Positions 16,214 to 33,174 are shown, counted from the stretch's first letter. The stretch: DNA of 64,000 bases from the human T2T-CHM13v2.0 reference genome, Homo sapiens (GCF_009914755.1 NC_060926.1), one strand, 5' to 3'. Notes: generated by a model not told the origin, from the sequence alone. A program made the numbers and translations.

Positions 16214-17510
16214 GTAGGTTCTTTGTTCCTTTTAGCAGCATTTGTACTTAAATATAGGAGCCACTGAGTATTTTACTTTTTCTTTAACTATCTTTTATGT
16301 TTTAAAAGTAACACTTCTTATGCTAACATTTGACATTACACAAGAATATGAAGTGAAAGTCCTTTTTGTCTCTTGGTCATCCAAGTCTCATGTCACAGGA
16401 GTCACAACTTCTGAATCCCTCTGAAGGTTTTCTCTGCACATGTCAGTACTTTTTATACCACGAATAAAATTATTCTCTACATACTTTTCTGCATCTTGTT
16501 TTCACATTAACTATATTTTTTTTTATTTTTAAAACTTTCAATGTATACAGATCTCATTTTTTCCCAGAGCTGCAAAACAATGCCTTTACTATGTGTAGTA
16601 CTGTTTGTTTTACCAGTTTTTTCTTTGATATTCATTTAAGGTTATTTCTCATTTGTTAGCCCTACACAAGTGAGCCTGGAATTGAAAGTCTTTATACACA
16701 TGTATTTGTGCACTGTGTGAGTATATCTGTAGGTTAGAATCCTGGATGTCAGGTTACTTGATCAAAAGTAATGCACATTATGTTCATAGTTATTAACTAA
16801 TTTGCCTTTCAAAATGGACATAATCACTTTATACTCCTACCAACTGTGTATGAGGACACTCCTGTATTAAAGAATAATACATTAAAGAGTTGTACTTGCC
16901 CATAAAGTTTTACTCAGTAAAATTATACTTTTTTTGATACCTTATATATAGGAAAGTGGCTCTTTCTCTCATAATTTTCATATTGGCCAGTTGTTGATTA
17001 TTTGCTGTAAATTTTGTGTATAAGTAAGGATAATTAACCAAATTTGAGGGTAGCAGTTAAGGAATAGCCTTGACAGCATCTTGTTTCATCAGCTATGTTT
17101 CAGACCCTCCTTTGGGTCTGAAACAAAGTCAGCTTTTACACCAGTATTGCCCAGCTTTTCACCTTTGTTTTCAGCAAGACCCATGAAGGAGAATAATATA
17201 GGCTAACCACTCACCCACTGTGTATTAGCATTGTAAGACATATAGTCCAGAGAGGATATCTACAACCAGCGCTGAAGGAAATTGTTCTATTTTCCATTGC
17301 TTTCCTGTAAAGCAAAAAGGCTATAGCACCCAAATCTCAATCTTGGAAGTACATGAGAGCAAATTCATATCCAAGGTAGGCTACAGATCAAAAAAAAGGG
17401 AAGAGTTATATTGGACACAAGCCTCCAAGAACTAAAGATTCACTTGATGACAAGAGTAGTAAATTATTTCAGTAAATGTCCTGCTTAGTTTTCCCATTTA
17501 TTCTTTGATT

Positions 17511-17516
17511 TATATA

Positions 17517-17579
<63 letters not shown>
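17511..17579. repeat. (TA)n microsatellite
   Basis: Uninterrupted TA run 17521-17578 plus a short flank. Confidence 0.98.
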
Positions 17580-17582
<3 letters not shown>

Positions 17583-17627
17583 ATACAGCTAGGAAATAGA
17601 ATAGTGTTGTAGGACTGAGTTCTCTAG

Positions 17628-17924
<297 letters not shown>

Positions 17925-18358
17925 TGAAAGAGACTCGAAAATATATCCATTTGTGGGAAGAATAGAAGGGTACAAATCAGTAAAAAGTTCCTGGAGCAAA
18001 TGACAACTAAAATAGGTTTTGAAGGGCAAAGTAGGTTTTTCACAGACAAGATGATGAGGTAGGAGAAAGAAAAACCCTTTCAAGCAAAGGGATTATCACT
18101 TGTTTAGGTAGACCTTTTTCTGATCTCTGCTGGTAGAAAAACCTTTTTAATCCTTTAAAACCAAGTCAAATACCATTCTCATTCCTAAGCAGAGTTACTT
18201 TTCCCTCCTCTGAGTCTGATAGCACTTTAGTTGTACTTCCATTACTACCGACCACTACCTCTTGTACCTTATAGCTGCTCAGTCAACTTCAGATGTTACT
18301 CAGTTCTGTGGAACAGAAATGAACTTCTGTTGAACTTTTTTTAAATTTTATTTTATAG

Positions 18359-18517
<159 letters not shown>

Positions 18518-18774
18518 TGACTCTTAGCTGTATATACCAGTGGGATATTAATCCATAGGACAATAGAATATTGATAGAGAATGATAAATCTCCAAAGCAT
18601 TGGAGCAAGCTCACTAGTTCTAAGAAATTATTTAACAAAAGAGAGAATGTTCTTTTCCATTTCATATAGATTTGGGAGAATTTTTCTTTTCCCTGTGTAA
18701 CCCTACAAACTCCCGTCTTCTACCACAGACATACGACGTAGGAGTTCCTAATACAACAATTTGATTAGGAATAT

Positions 18775-18975
18775 AGACTCTACAGCCAAGCATACAGGAT
18801 TTGAATCTTGAGTATACTGCTCAGGCTAAGTGACCTTAGGCCAGGTACTAAATCTCTCTCTGCCTCAGTTTTCTTTATTATAAAACAGAGATTACCATCC
18901 CTGACTCAGAAATGAGGCACAGATTGAACAAGCACTGAGAACAAGACTTGGGACTGCTCAATAAGTATTGATTAC
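18775..18975 (+). mobile_element. MIR SINE remnant
   Basis: Core gtgaccttaggccagg...tctctctgcctcagttttctttattataaaac. Confidence 0.7.
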
Positions 18976-19384
18976 TATGGTAATTACACCGTTGTCTTTT
19001 TTTTTTTTCTATTTCATTACACCATTGTCATAAATGCATTGCATTTTAGTTAGAAAAGGATCTTCATGGAATTTAATTTATTCCAAGACAGAGTGCTTCA
19101 TGTTAAAAACAAATGCTTATCAGAAATATGAGTGTGATACTGCCTTTATCTTCCAGGTTCTTGTAGATAACTAGAGCGCCATCAGTAGACCCATCCAAGA
19201 CATCCAGATGCTAGATCTGTCTAAAATGTCAGAGATTCGATTTCTAGATCCTTATCCTTATACAAGAGTAAACTTATTCTTATCAACCTGATGGTGGGTC
19301 AAAGGCAACTCCTATCTATAATTGTGAGTCGGGGTCTTAACCTGACTAATTTATCAGCTAGAAGAGATAAAGCCAAGGGATGCA

Positions 19385-19600
19385 AGATAGTGTATGTAGT
19401 GGTTTAGAGCTGGAATTTGGCATAACTGGGTTTTTATTTCTACTGTTAGCTGTGTGACTAAGACAAGTCATTTAATCTTTGTATTTCAGTTTCCTCATCT
19501 GTAAAATTGATATGGTAATGCTACCTACCTCCTGTTGATGTTGTGGAGATTAAATAGGTTGTTACATGTAAAGCACCTAAAACAATGGTAAATGCTAATC
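19385..19600 (+). mobile_element. MIR SINE remnant
   Basis: Core gctgtgtgact...cagtttcctcatctgtaaaat. Confidence 0.78.
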
Positions 19601-20189
19601 TGTAGCACTGCCTGATCTGTAGTAGTTGCTGTGTAGTGTTAAATGAATGGACAGAATCATCAATGGATACCTTTAATGCAGTCACTGTCTGATCTGCAAC
19701 CTGGTTCATCTCGGTGGCGGTTTTACAGAGAACGTATTCTAACTGTGTCTGTAAACTTATCTTACCAGTAGCATGGGAATCCAGAACAGATGTATTAGGA
19801 CACAACTAGAGCATACTCTAAGCACGTGAAATAACTAGTGTTTTTGATAATTATGAACTAAGACAGTGAGGCACGTGCTCAATGCCATGAGGCCATATGA
19901 GCACACTGTACACCACAGTAGAAAACTAAATGATTGCTAAGCCTTTGCTCAAATTAAGTCAGAGATAGCTATAACAGTTGGTCCACCTATGAATTAAAAG
20001 ACTGCCTATGTCTGTGCAAGGAAGAAATGAGGAATCCTGTTGAAGGTATAGCCCTACACACACACACACACTCCTTCAAAGAGTGGGAGACTTTGTGTTC
20101 CAAAGTGTTTAAGGAAATTCCTGTCCAGTTGTTAGCTGACTACTAAGTTAAATGAGCATTGACTTTAGTGGACACACAAATCAGGGAAT

Positions 20190-21303
20190 ACAAACTTTAT
20201 AGAATAGGAGAAAATATTTTCAAATCATTTATCTGATAAGACAGTTACATCTAGAACATACGAAAAGCTCCTCCAACTCAACAATAAAAAGACAACCTAA
20301 TTTTAAAACAGGCAAATGATTTGAATAGACATTTCTCCAAAGAAGATGTACAGATGGGCAAATAAGCACATGAAAAGATGCTCAACATCATTACTCATTA
20401 GGAAATGCAAATCAAAACCATAACAGGTGCAGTGGTTCCCACTTACAGTCCCAGCTACATGGGAGGCCAAGGCAGGAGGATTGCTTGAGCCCAGTAGCTC
20501 GAGGCTGTAGTGCAATATGATTGTGCCTATGAACAGCCACTGGACACCAGCTTAGGCAACATAGCAAGATCCCATCTCTTAATTTAAAAAGAAACACAAA
20601 ACCATAAGAAGATATCACATTCTACCCACCAGGATGGCTGTAATCAAAAAGACCGCACAGACAAGAATATGCAGAAATTGGAACCCTCATAGAGTAATAG
20701 TGGGAAAGTAAAGTTACAGCCACAGTGGAAAAAAAGAATTTGGCAGTTCCTCAAAAAGTTAAATGTAGTCTTATCATATGACCCGGCAATTCCATTCCAT
20801 ACCTAAGAGAAGAGAAAACTGTGCCCACACAAAAGCTTACACACTAACGCTCATATCAGCATGATTCATAATAGCCATAAAACGGAAACAACTTAAATGT
20901 CTTATCAACTGATGAATGAATAATGTGAGATAATAATGGAATATTATTTGACCATAAAAAGGAAAGACTTACTGATATATGCTACAGTGTGTGTGAACCT
21001 TGAAAACATTATTTTAAGTAAAAGAAGCCAGACGTAAAAGACTGCATATGGTCTGGTTCCCTTTATGTGAAACATTCAGAAAAGGCAAATCTATAGAGAC
21101 GAGTTAGATTGGTGGCTACCAAGGACAGGGGAAGGGGAGAATGGAGAGTGGCTGCTACTGGGCCCACAGTTTCTTTAGGTTGATGCAGATATTTTTGAAT
21201 TAGATAGCAGAAGTATTAATAGCTGCACAAGTTTGTGAATGTACTAAATTGTACGCTTTGAGAGAATGAATTTTATGTTAATATATCTCATTTTAAAAAA
21301 GAA
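20190..21303 (+). mobile_element. L1MB-type LINE 3' portion, interrupted by an Alu monomer
   Basis: ORF2-end motifs (gaatagacatttctccaaagaaga, ggaaatgcaaatcaaaacca) and 3'UTR ending in an A-rich tail. Confidence 0.88.
20424..20596 (+). mobile_element. FAM-like fossil Alu monomer
   Basis: Retains the 7SL-like gtgcctatgaacagccactg segment; TSD caaaaccataa at 20413-20423 and 20597-20607. Confidence 0.8.
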
Positions 21304-22562
21304 AACACTGCCTCTGTGTATGTGCAGTGACTCACTCCCCTACCCTCAGTGGCAAGGTCATGGGACCCTTCCTCAGACACTGCATTTGAAAGAGGCAGCT
21401 GTAGTTTTGGAAACAAGTAACATTCCTACCCTGCTTCCTGTCCACCATGAGGCAAGAGGAAGTGTTTCATTGCCTATATCTACAGTTGTAATTAGCCTCC
21501 CCAGAGAACAGAAAATCGTATATCTTATGCATAGAGGGTGTGAACTTTCCCACCAACATGTAAAGCATTAACAAACCTAGACCATGTATAGCTATAAACA
21601 GCCCTTTCCATGTGTTGATTTGGATTATTAGTTTTGGGATTTTTTTTTGTGTGTGTGTTACTGTTGTTTTTGTATGATGAGGCCTTCCTTTGATTAAGTT
21701 GGATTATTTCATTCCAGTTAAGCATGAAATAGCATAACCTGGATCCACATTTTCCAAAAAATAGAAAGTCCTCATGTGAACGTGGATATTTTCTTCTGTT
21801 TGGTAGGAGATTCATCTCCATTTGGTCCATTAGGTTCAAGTAAACTTTTAGGCTATGGAGGATTAGGACAGTGGCCCTATGCTCCATTCTGGGAGTATTG
21901 GCAGTAAGGGCAGGGTCCATTCATAAAATGGATCCTCTTCAAGGAAAGCAAACTTTTTAAGGGAAGGGGTTGTAGAAAAATGTATAGATATGTGTGTGTC
22001 AGGAGAAGGGAAATAGTTCGGAGTTCACGAAGCACACCAGTTTTATAGCATGGCAGGGCAGAGTTCTGATGAGTAAAAATTGGATTAGGTTGAACTGCAG
22101 AGATGCTTATACATACGTGAATCATTTAACTAATGTACTTGTGCTTCTTTTCCTTCCCAGTAATGTGCTTTGGTAGAAATATGCTTTTTCCAGATGTGCC
22201 CTGCCACTGTTGACTGATTTAATTACATAGAGCAGCTTTCCATTTCCTTTGACACAGGCAAGCAAATAGAATAAGATTAGCACACTAGAGAGGGGTGAAT
22301 AGTTTAGTGTTTGAATTTACCTTCTGTAATATGTTTGGGAGAGGGCTTAATAGAATTGCTGCTACAGTCTACTTCCCTTTTGTTTCCCATGTATTTTTTC
22401 ATCGGCTTGCATCACGTGGATTTATAGATTAAAGTGAAAAACCCGGGATATCTGTGTTATTCTCTCCATCATTCTGAAATTGCTGGAGAAAAAATTGGCT
22501 TTTAATTTATACACTCTCGTGTTCAAAATGATTATCATCTCACAAATCATACAGTGTGCATT

Positions 22563-22718
22563 AGACTGCTTCTCAAACTTCAGTGTGCATCAGATTGACT
22601 GGGATCTTGTTAGAATGCAGATTCTGCAGATCTAGGGTGGGGCCAGCTTTTCTGCATTTTTAACAAGCTCCAGATGATAATGATGCTTCTGGCCCAGGAC
22701 CATATCTTGAGTAGGAAG
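22563..22718. mobile_element. MER5A-like hAT MITE
   Basis: cttctcaaactt...aatgcagattct...ctgcatttttaacaagctc...ggaccatatcttgag. Confidence 0.75.
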
Positions 22719-23014
22719 GAATTAGGATACTATATTTGGACAGTAAACATTCTTCCTGCAGTGAGACTGAGGCTGGTAGTCAAGGCCATGGCTGGGAAAT
22801 AACTATTCTTAAATTGGGATGCATCATCCAAGTAGAACAGCATCACATGTTATACCATCTAGAGCTACTGGGTTAAGTTTGCAAATACTTCGTATAGATC
22901 ACAGTTATCTTTATCCCAGTAAAGTTCTACTCCAGTTTTTCACTTCCAAATCATTTAAGTAGTTTTAAAGTACCATTTAACAAGTATTTACTCTAGATTG
23001 TGGAGCACGCTTGA

Positions 23015-23200
<186 letters not shown>

Positions 23201-24036
23201 GGGCCAGAGGTGCGTGTGCAACAAAATTATGAAGGGAAACTTCTTTGTCAATACTTCACAAATGTTTTTTGCAAGGACATCATCTCACGTTTTTCCTTCC
23301 TTTTGTGTTTAATCCTTATTTACCTAAACAGTATTAAAACTTCCCCGTTTCAACCTTTTTCTGCATATATAACCACAAATTCCTTTTTCTTTCCTCTTTG
23401 ACTCGTACTCTACTCACGTTATTCAAAGTGGCTGGTCTGCAAACTATTTTTATAGGTCCATAAGGAGATAGGAAGCTTACTCCAGAATCTGTCTGCTCAA
23501 CGCTTCTTTCATCAAGAAAGTCTTCCCCAAAACATCAGCTGAACTGCAGTTTGCTTAGTGATAGAGCTGATTTACATTCTGATGTAAGCTTCTTGTTGTG
23601 GATCAGTTATAGTTGTGGACTGGCACTGGCCCATAGGTGACACTTTTGAGTAGCACAAATATAGGCTTCTCACTGATTTTTCTCTCTCCCCATCTCCTTC
23701 GACAGTATTTTTGGCATAGAAGCCTTAACATTCATTCATTCTATGATGGTGCTATTGAATATCTACTGTGTATAAGACATAGTGCTTATAGGGACTTTGA
23801 GGTCAGTTAGACTAACCACAAGGCTGTGTCCATTGACAAAGATCATTTACTATATCAGTGTCTTAACAGTGTTGAAAGGGGTCTTTAGATGGGAAAGTTT
23901 GGAGTAATCTAATTTCATGAAATTGTCGTTCTTCATTTCCCCATTTTCTTTTGAGTGTTCATCACATATTTGAAGACATTGTGAGACATAATCAAGGTTT
24001 CCTAATTCCACCCAAGCACAAACACGTTTTCAGACA

Positions 24037-24343
24037 ATTTTTTTTTTTTTTTTTTTTTTTGAGACGGAGTTTCGCTCTTGTTGCTCTTGGCTGGAGTGCA
24101 ATGGCGCAAACTTGGCTCACCGCAACCTCCGCCTCCTGGGTTCAAGCGATTCTCCTGCCTCAGCCTTTCGAGTAGCTGGGATTACAGGCATGCGCCACCA
24201 CACCCGGCTGATTTTGTATTTTTAGTAGTGACAGGGTTTCTCCATGTTGGTCAGGCCGGTCTCAAGTTCTGGACCTCAGCTGATCCGCGAACCTCGGCCT
24301 CCCAAAGTGCTGGGATTACAGGTGTGAGCCACCACGCCCGGCC
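24037..24343 (-). mobile_element. Alu (AluSp-like) in the PSMD1 3'UTR intron
   Basis: Poly-T then antisense dimer. Confidence 0.95.
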
Positions 24344-25022
24344 AATTCATTCTACTCTTTAAAAAAAATAAGGACAGTATCATTTGTTATATTTAAAGGT
24401 CTGGTTGCAAATCTAGCATGCTGTGTGTTAGATACTGACTAGCAATTTAGGAAAGATTTGCAGAAATCTCAGATAAATATTAAGGTAGAAACCTGCCATT
24501 AGTAGGAAAATATATTTATACCTCAGGAAGACTATTAGTTTGGGCCTTAGAGAAAGGCAGATTTATACTAACCTTCCTATTTTCTAAACTTACTTTTGAA
24601 AATTATCTTTCAGCCTTGATAGTTTCCTAAGCTTTACCCAACTTGCACAGTACAGCGTAGGCTATCATGATCACTCAGTCTGTCTGAGAATTGAGGTGAC
24701 TCACGTTAGCTCCCATCAAGCCTTTGGCAATACCTCATGGAAAACCCTTGATTACAGCTTTCAAGGCAGTTAATTACAAAATGACTTAGAGGTTTATAGC
24801 TGGAAACTGGAATCTTGTTAGTTTTCAAAGGGGTAAAATATTCAGTCCATTAGGAGTTTGGAAACTATAATCTGTCGTGGCACAAACTGGTATATTAGGA
24901 CTGCAGAGGCAGGGTTGGGGCCTAGTTTTAGATTTCAACAGTTAATAGTAAAGAGGAAAAAAAAGAATGTCTTGAAATTAAGAATGACCCTAGCTACTAC
25001 TGTTCTTTCTTCCCTTTCCCAG

Positions 25023-25300
25023 GATCTCACTTGCTTATCTGAAGAAGATTGTCCAGGCTCATATTGGGAATGCTTATGAGGAAATTCATGCCGAGACCTG
25101 CTATTCAATGCATGTATCGTTGCCTCTGCACTGACCTGAAGAACCCTGTCTCCAAGTCTTTGGTTGAAGAGAAGATATATGACTGTTGAGTGTGCTCTTT
25201 CACAGAACTTGGTTTTCAAATAAATATAAGATCTCCAGATGGACAAGACATTTGTTTTTCAGCCTGGGTTTTTAATAAATGTATCTAATCCTCCCCACAC
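25023..25300 (+). other. PSMD1: PSMD1 terminal non-coding exon (3'UTR), end approximate
   Basis: Strong acceptor tgttctttcttccctttcccag| at 25022/25023, unique sequence, two AATAAA downstream. Confidence 0.85.
25219..25279 (+). terminator. Two polyadenylation signals of PSMD1
   Basis: AATAAA at 25219-25224 and 25274-25279; U/GU-rich tract (tttgtttttc) after the first. Confidence 0.8.
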
Positions 25301-25509
25301 CATGAAATGCCTAAATCCCAAGAGCCAGAGTCTTGATTTGCTAGGATGAGTATGCACGACTTTCATATTGATGAAAAAGTCAAACTATTCTTAAATTATA
25401 GACCATGAAAATAATGGAAGGGAAAAAAATCAAACCTTGCTCATCACCCCCAAGAATTCTCTACAGTTTTGTTGTGGTTGTGGGTTGTTGTTTAATATGG
25501 GGTCTAATC

Positions 25510-26110
25510 AGCCAGGGCAACATGGTGAGACCCCCATCTCTACAAAAAAATTGAAAAATTAGCTGGGTAGGCCAGGCAGGGTGGCTCACGCCTATAATCC
25601 CAGCACTTTGGAAGGCCAAGGTGGGCAGATTGCTTGAGCCAAGGAGTTTGAGACCAGCCTGGGCAACATGGCAAAAACTCACCTCTACAAAAAAAAAAAA
25701 AAAATTAGACATGCACAGTGGCACGTGCCTGTAGTCCTAGCTACTCAGGAGGCTGAGGTGGGAGGATCACCTGAGCTTGGAGGTCGAGGCTGCAGTGAGG
25801 GTTGATTGTGCCAGTGTACTCCAGCCTGGGTGACAGAGTTAGACAGTTTCTGAAAAAAAAAAAATTAGCCAGGCAGGGTGGTATGTACCTGTAGTCACAG
25901 CTATTCAGGAGGCTGAGGCAGGAAGATCAATTGAGCCCAGGAGGTTGAGGCTGCAGTGAGCTGTGTGTGCACCACTGCACAACAGCCTAGGCAACAGGGC
26001 AAGACCCTGTCTGGAAAAAAAAAAAAAAAAGAGCCTCACTCTGTCGCTTAGGCTTAGGCTGGTCTCAAACTCCTGGGCTCAAGCAATCCTCCCACTTTAG
26101 CCGCCTGAAC
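25510..26110. mobile_element. Nested Alu cluster: AluJ-like inside AluJ-like (+), plus an antisense monomer piece
   Basis: Outer Alu split at its linker by a complete Alu at ~25570-25863; antisense piece ~26032-26110. Confidence 0.88.
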
Positions 26111-27141
26111 TACAATTTTTTAATCGAATAGAGGGTGTCATCACTTACTGAAGTCCCTTTCATAATCCAAGGGAATTGTGTGTTTAGGCAGCTCAGAAGC
26201 TTTTTTGTTAAACCTTTGCTTATTGTTTTTTGCTTTTGATCCTGTTAATAGATAAAATTTATTTAGTTTCCTTTAGCCACAGGATCTGATAACGTACCTT
26301 TATTCCTTTCTCATTTTCCAATCTTTTTTTCATGTTTTTTAAAAATTAAAGTATAATTTAAAAGCAATAAAATGCAGACATTTGAGGTATATACAGGATA
26401 ATGAATTTTGACAAGTACAATTTTTGTTTCTAGATTATCAAGCCTTTCTTGGATGCTAGGCTTTTAGAATAAGCAGTCAGGGTTGATATTCTGACCACTA
26501 CACCATCTCCTCATGTTCTGGCATATGAAATGGATGTTTCTGATTTACTGGGACATGGAATTTAAAAGAGCTGGATTTCAAGGGTTTTGTGTTGTTTTAT
26601 GAGTAGGTAGCTTAAAAAATTATACAGGAATGGCATTTTGCCCCTACCTTGATTCTTTCACTTCTTAACTTAGGATGTAGTTTTCTGAATCTTGTAGGGG
26701 GAAACTATTCTTAAAGGAAACAAATTCCTGAGTAGATTAGCCCTAGTACATTCATCTACCACAGGCTAGTTTTTATGTCCAGGTCTAAAGGTTACTGATC
26801 CCAGAGGATCAACCACTCATTGGTTAATTTCATTGTATCCCCTCCTTTGTAAATTCCTTGTTTCCTCAATATCAGATGATTCTATAAAAGAGATTATCTC
26901 ATTTCCTAGCCTCTCATTAGCTATGTCCTTCCTGTTCAAGCTTTTAACGTTGCTTGCATTTCAGACAGTTATCTCTTACATTTCCCCTAGTATATGAAAT
27001 GTTTAAAAAACAGAAGTCTCTGGATGTCACTGTACAAAATTGAGTAGTCTGGGAGGGGTGGTACATTCGCTGGCATCCTGCCAATGTTATCACACTCCTT
27101 CCAAAATAATAGACTGAACTTCAGGGAGCAATTAGCACTAG

Positions 27142-27661
<520 letters not shown>

Positions 27662-27929
27662 TAAGAGTGAAAGTCATATGAAAACAGGCTAGGAGCTAGA
27701 GTTGACACAACCAATAGAAGAAACAGAAGGGAGGGTGGCAGCAATTACTCCCAGATGGTGTCATTGTGGCACACAGTGTCAGGGTTGACGGTAAGTGGGA
27801 TGCACAACATTGAAACCAGTTGCAAGTGATAAATGGTTTGGTTTCTTAAATGGGACCGATCCTAGAATCTAGTCTTTTCCTACTGGCCTGCAGGTAAATG
27901 ACTCTTGCGTTTTAAAAATACTCTCCTTG

Positions 27930-28231
<302 letters not shown>

Positions 28232-28360
28232 CTAATTTTCCTCCTGTCTCTGACCTCTTCATTTGACAAATCAGTAGTATTTCTCTTTATTTGAGCATCT
28301 GTTTGTGCAGAGATTCTTTGGTTTTTTTGGCAAGTCCCACTCCCTCTGACTGCACTTTAA

Positions 28361-28693
<333 letters not shown>

Positions 28694-29018
28694 CTCTGAG
28701 CTTCTGACATGTACCTTTCAGCAACTCACTGGTGTCCCTATCTGGGCTGCTGCACAAGCACTTAAAACATGTCCAACCACACTCCACACCCATCCTGCTC
28801 TACTTCGGGCTAATGCCAAGCCCTCCATGTGGTTTCCTACACCAGAAACCCCAGCTTCACCTTGACTCAATGCTTGGCATCTCAATTATCTCTCCAGTTC
28901 ATCCACTTCCCTTCCCCACTGCTCAGTACCCTCAGCTGAAGCATTTAACTGGTCTGTACTTCCAGAATTGACCCATTCTAATCCATTCTCCAAACTGATC
29001 TCTCTAAAACACAAATCA

Positions 29019-29126
29019 GGCCTGGTATAATGGCTCACACCTATAATTCCAGCACTTTGGGAGGCCGAGGCAGGAATCGCTTGAGCTCAGGAATTCAAGA
29101 CCAGCCTGGGCAACAAAGTGAGACCG

Positions 29127-29168
<42 letters not shown>

Positions 29169-29379
29169 ACGGGTGTGGTGATGCGTGCTTCTACACACAC
29201 ACACACACACACACTAGATGGGTGTGGTGATGCGTGCTTGTAGTCCCAACTACTCGAGAGGCTGAGGCAGGAGGATCGCTTGAGCCCAGGAATTCAAGGC
29301 TGCAGTAAGCCGTGATCACGCCACTGCGCTCCAGCTTGGATGACAGAGCAAGACCCTGTCTCCACCAAAAAAAAAAAAA
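29019..29379 (+). mobile_element. Alu (AluJ-like) with duplicated (AC)n linker
   Basis: (AC)18 at 29130-29165 and (AC)11 at 29193-29214. Confidence 0.92.
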
Positions 29380-30539
29380 GTTAGTCTTAAAAACCTGTGC
29401 TTTCTTGTTACCGAATAAAGCCCAAGTTCTTCAATATGTACACATGGCTGCCCAAGGCTTGAACTGCTGCTTGTCTCTCCAGCCTCCTGTCTCTTCATTT
29501 TTCTCTCACCTCACACTCAGAACTGCTTTTTACTTCCTCCAAAGACCCAGGCTTTCTGTCATCTGGCCTTTGCACATACCATTCCCTCTGCCTGAAATGC
29601 CCACCTCTTTTGATTCCCGCCATTTTCTGCCTAGATCTGGTAGATCTGCTTGTTATTTAGGAGGTTTTTAAAGACCTCCTTCAAGAAGCCCTCCATGATT
29701 TCTCCCACCAGGGCTGACTTAGGTTCTCTGTTTCCCCAGTACCCAACATTGCCCCGCATTGCCGCCCCACCGTATTTTCATTCATTGCCTGGTTTATTTG
29801 CCTAACCTGTCCTACATTTGCTCACCATCATAAACCCTAGCATATAATTTATGGTCACATACTCATTTGCTAACTGTGGCTGCCTTCCCCAAGTACCTAA
29901 ATGTCTCTTCTCACTCTTCCTCCAGTGACTAAATGCTCCCGCTAAGGACTTTTTCCATTAGTTTTGCTCTTGAAAAACGCTTGTTTTTCTTTATGTGCAC
30001 AGGCAAACAGTGTCTCTGGAATTTCCAGCTGGCGTGAGATGATGAGAAGACATGAGCATGGGCAAAGATTTTGTGGCTTTGTCCCAGACAACTCCCAGCC
30101 TTCTTGTATCGATTATAAATGAAACACTTCCACTTCCTTAGCAAGTGCATTTTGCTGTTTCTAGGGTTCCAGTTTTGGTTCCACCCTCCCATCCTTTACT
30201 GTTAAAGCTGTAGGGGCCCTTCCAAGCCAAACCACGTAAATGGGAAGATCATGGGCTTTGGCCTCAGATTTAAGTCCAGATCCTCATCTGAGGATCCCTT
30301 CATGGGTTCCTCATTTGCACAGAGGGAGTCATGTTGACCTCAAGGTTGTTACAGGGATTTAAGAATGGCTGATTATTACACGATGGCTATGTGCTACTGA
30401 TGAGAATCACATGCATTGTTCCTCATTCCTCACAGCCACTTGAAGAGGTAGATGCTATTATATAGAGAAAATCTACGTTAAGAAACCGGCACTCAAGTAG
30501 GCATTCACTAAATTTTACCTGAATCAGAATGGTGTGGCC

Positions 30540-31441
<902 letters not shown>

Positions 31442-31875
31442 GAGAGAGAGAGAATCATGCGGCCTAACACCTCATGCAGGTGAGAACATGCAGACTGAAG
31501 TGCTTTATTCAATATCAAAAGCCATTTTTACATTTGTGTTTCTACTTCCTCTTTCCGTTAACCTGGTTTCTGGCCTCTTCATTTTCTGGTATTGTTTGAT
31601 CCAAAGGATCAACAGACACACCAATAGCCGTGTCTCTTTCATCCTATACCATACTCTGCTCCACATTTCTATCTGCCTCCATACTCCTAAGTCAGTATGC
31701 CTTTTCAGAAAGGGATTTTTAACAAAAGCATTCTTTCCAGTTGCCCTCTACAATGTAGCCCATTGGTGATGGGCATTTGCCACTTGTTCGCTGGGATCTG
31801 GGCAGTACCTTTGGTGCATGTACTCAGTGTTTTCCCAATCAGCGAGTTATTTATTTTTAATAAAATTATATCCCA

Positions 31876-32167
<292 letters not shown>

Positions 32168-32719
32168 TTATATCTGGTAGATAATTACCTTTAGAGATCT
32201 TGGGCATTACGCAGAGCTGGGACTTGGCAAAGAGTTAGACAGAGATAAGGAATTTTCCATTAAGTCTTATTCCCATGACCTAGGCTGGGCAGCATCTGAC
32301 TCTTCTGCCATTATCATCTCTCAGAAGCCCTGATACATGTTCCAAAGATTTCAGAGGTTTGCAAGTGTCTAAGCCTTTTTCTGTATGCAGAGTATCAACT
32401 AGCATCTCTAAAGTAACAACAGGGACGGGTCGTAAGGAAATTCCTTCCTTTGTTCCAGGATTAGAAGCCTGATGGAGGGATTCACTTACACCTCACTGTC
32501 AGTCCCCAGTAATCTCTTCTCTGAGCAGCTCTCAGGCATGTATGACACATGGTTCACAAGGTGATTACTTGTTCTCCTGTGGTTTCCTGTGTGTGTACAA
32601 TTTTTGTTTCCTAACCAGTCTATAAATAAGCTCCTTAACGGCAAGTCCCAAAGTGTCCCCCAAAGTCCCCATCACAACGCTTGATACATGAGGCCTATTG
32701 GTATCAGATTAAATCATTG

Positions 32720-32945
32720 AGTTAGCTCTGGGAGTCTAGTGATGCCCTTGATCCTGACTGAGTTTCTTCATGGCACTTACACCCACCTGGCATCATAGCT
32801 GCTTATTTGTTTATTGTCTGTCTCCCCGGATTAGCACGTAAACCTAATGAGGACAAGGAGTTTGTTTTTTATGACTGCTGTATTCCTAGTGCCTGCAGCA
32901 GTTTCTGGCTCATTGTAGACTCCTGGTAAATAGTTATTGGAAGGA
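32720..32945 (+). mobile_element. L2 3'-end remnant
   Basis: tttgtttattgtctgtctcccc...gctgtattcctagtgcctg...taaatagttattgg. Confidence 0.7.
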
Positions 32946-33174
32946 CAATAGTGGCGAAAATGTATTTAGCTCCTGTGCTCTAGGCACTGCATTCAGCACT
33001 TGGCTGCCCTTCATCCTCACAATTCTACGGTGAGGTAAATGTTACAGATAAAGGAAATAGAGCTTAGAGATATTACAGGTGCATGGTAATTTACAGGACT
33101 GGAATTCAAACACAGCGTTGTCTAACTATAACACCTGTTTCTTTTGGTTTTGTTTTACTTATTTCCCTTTTTTA

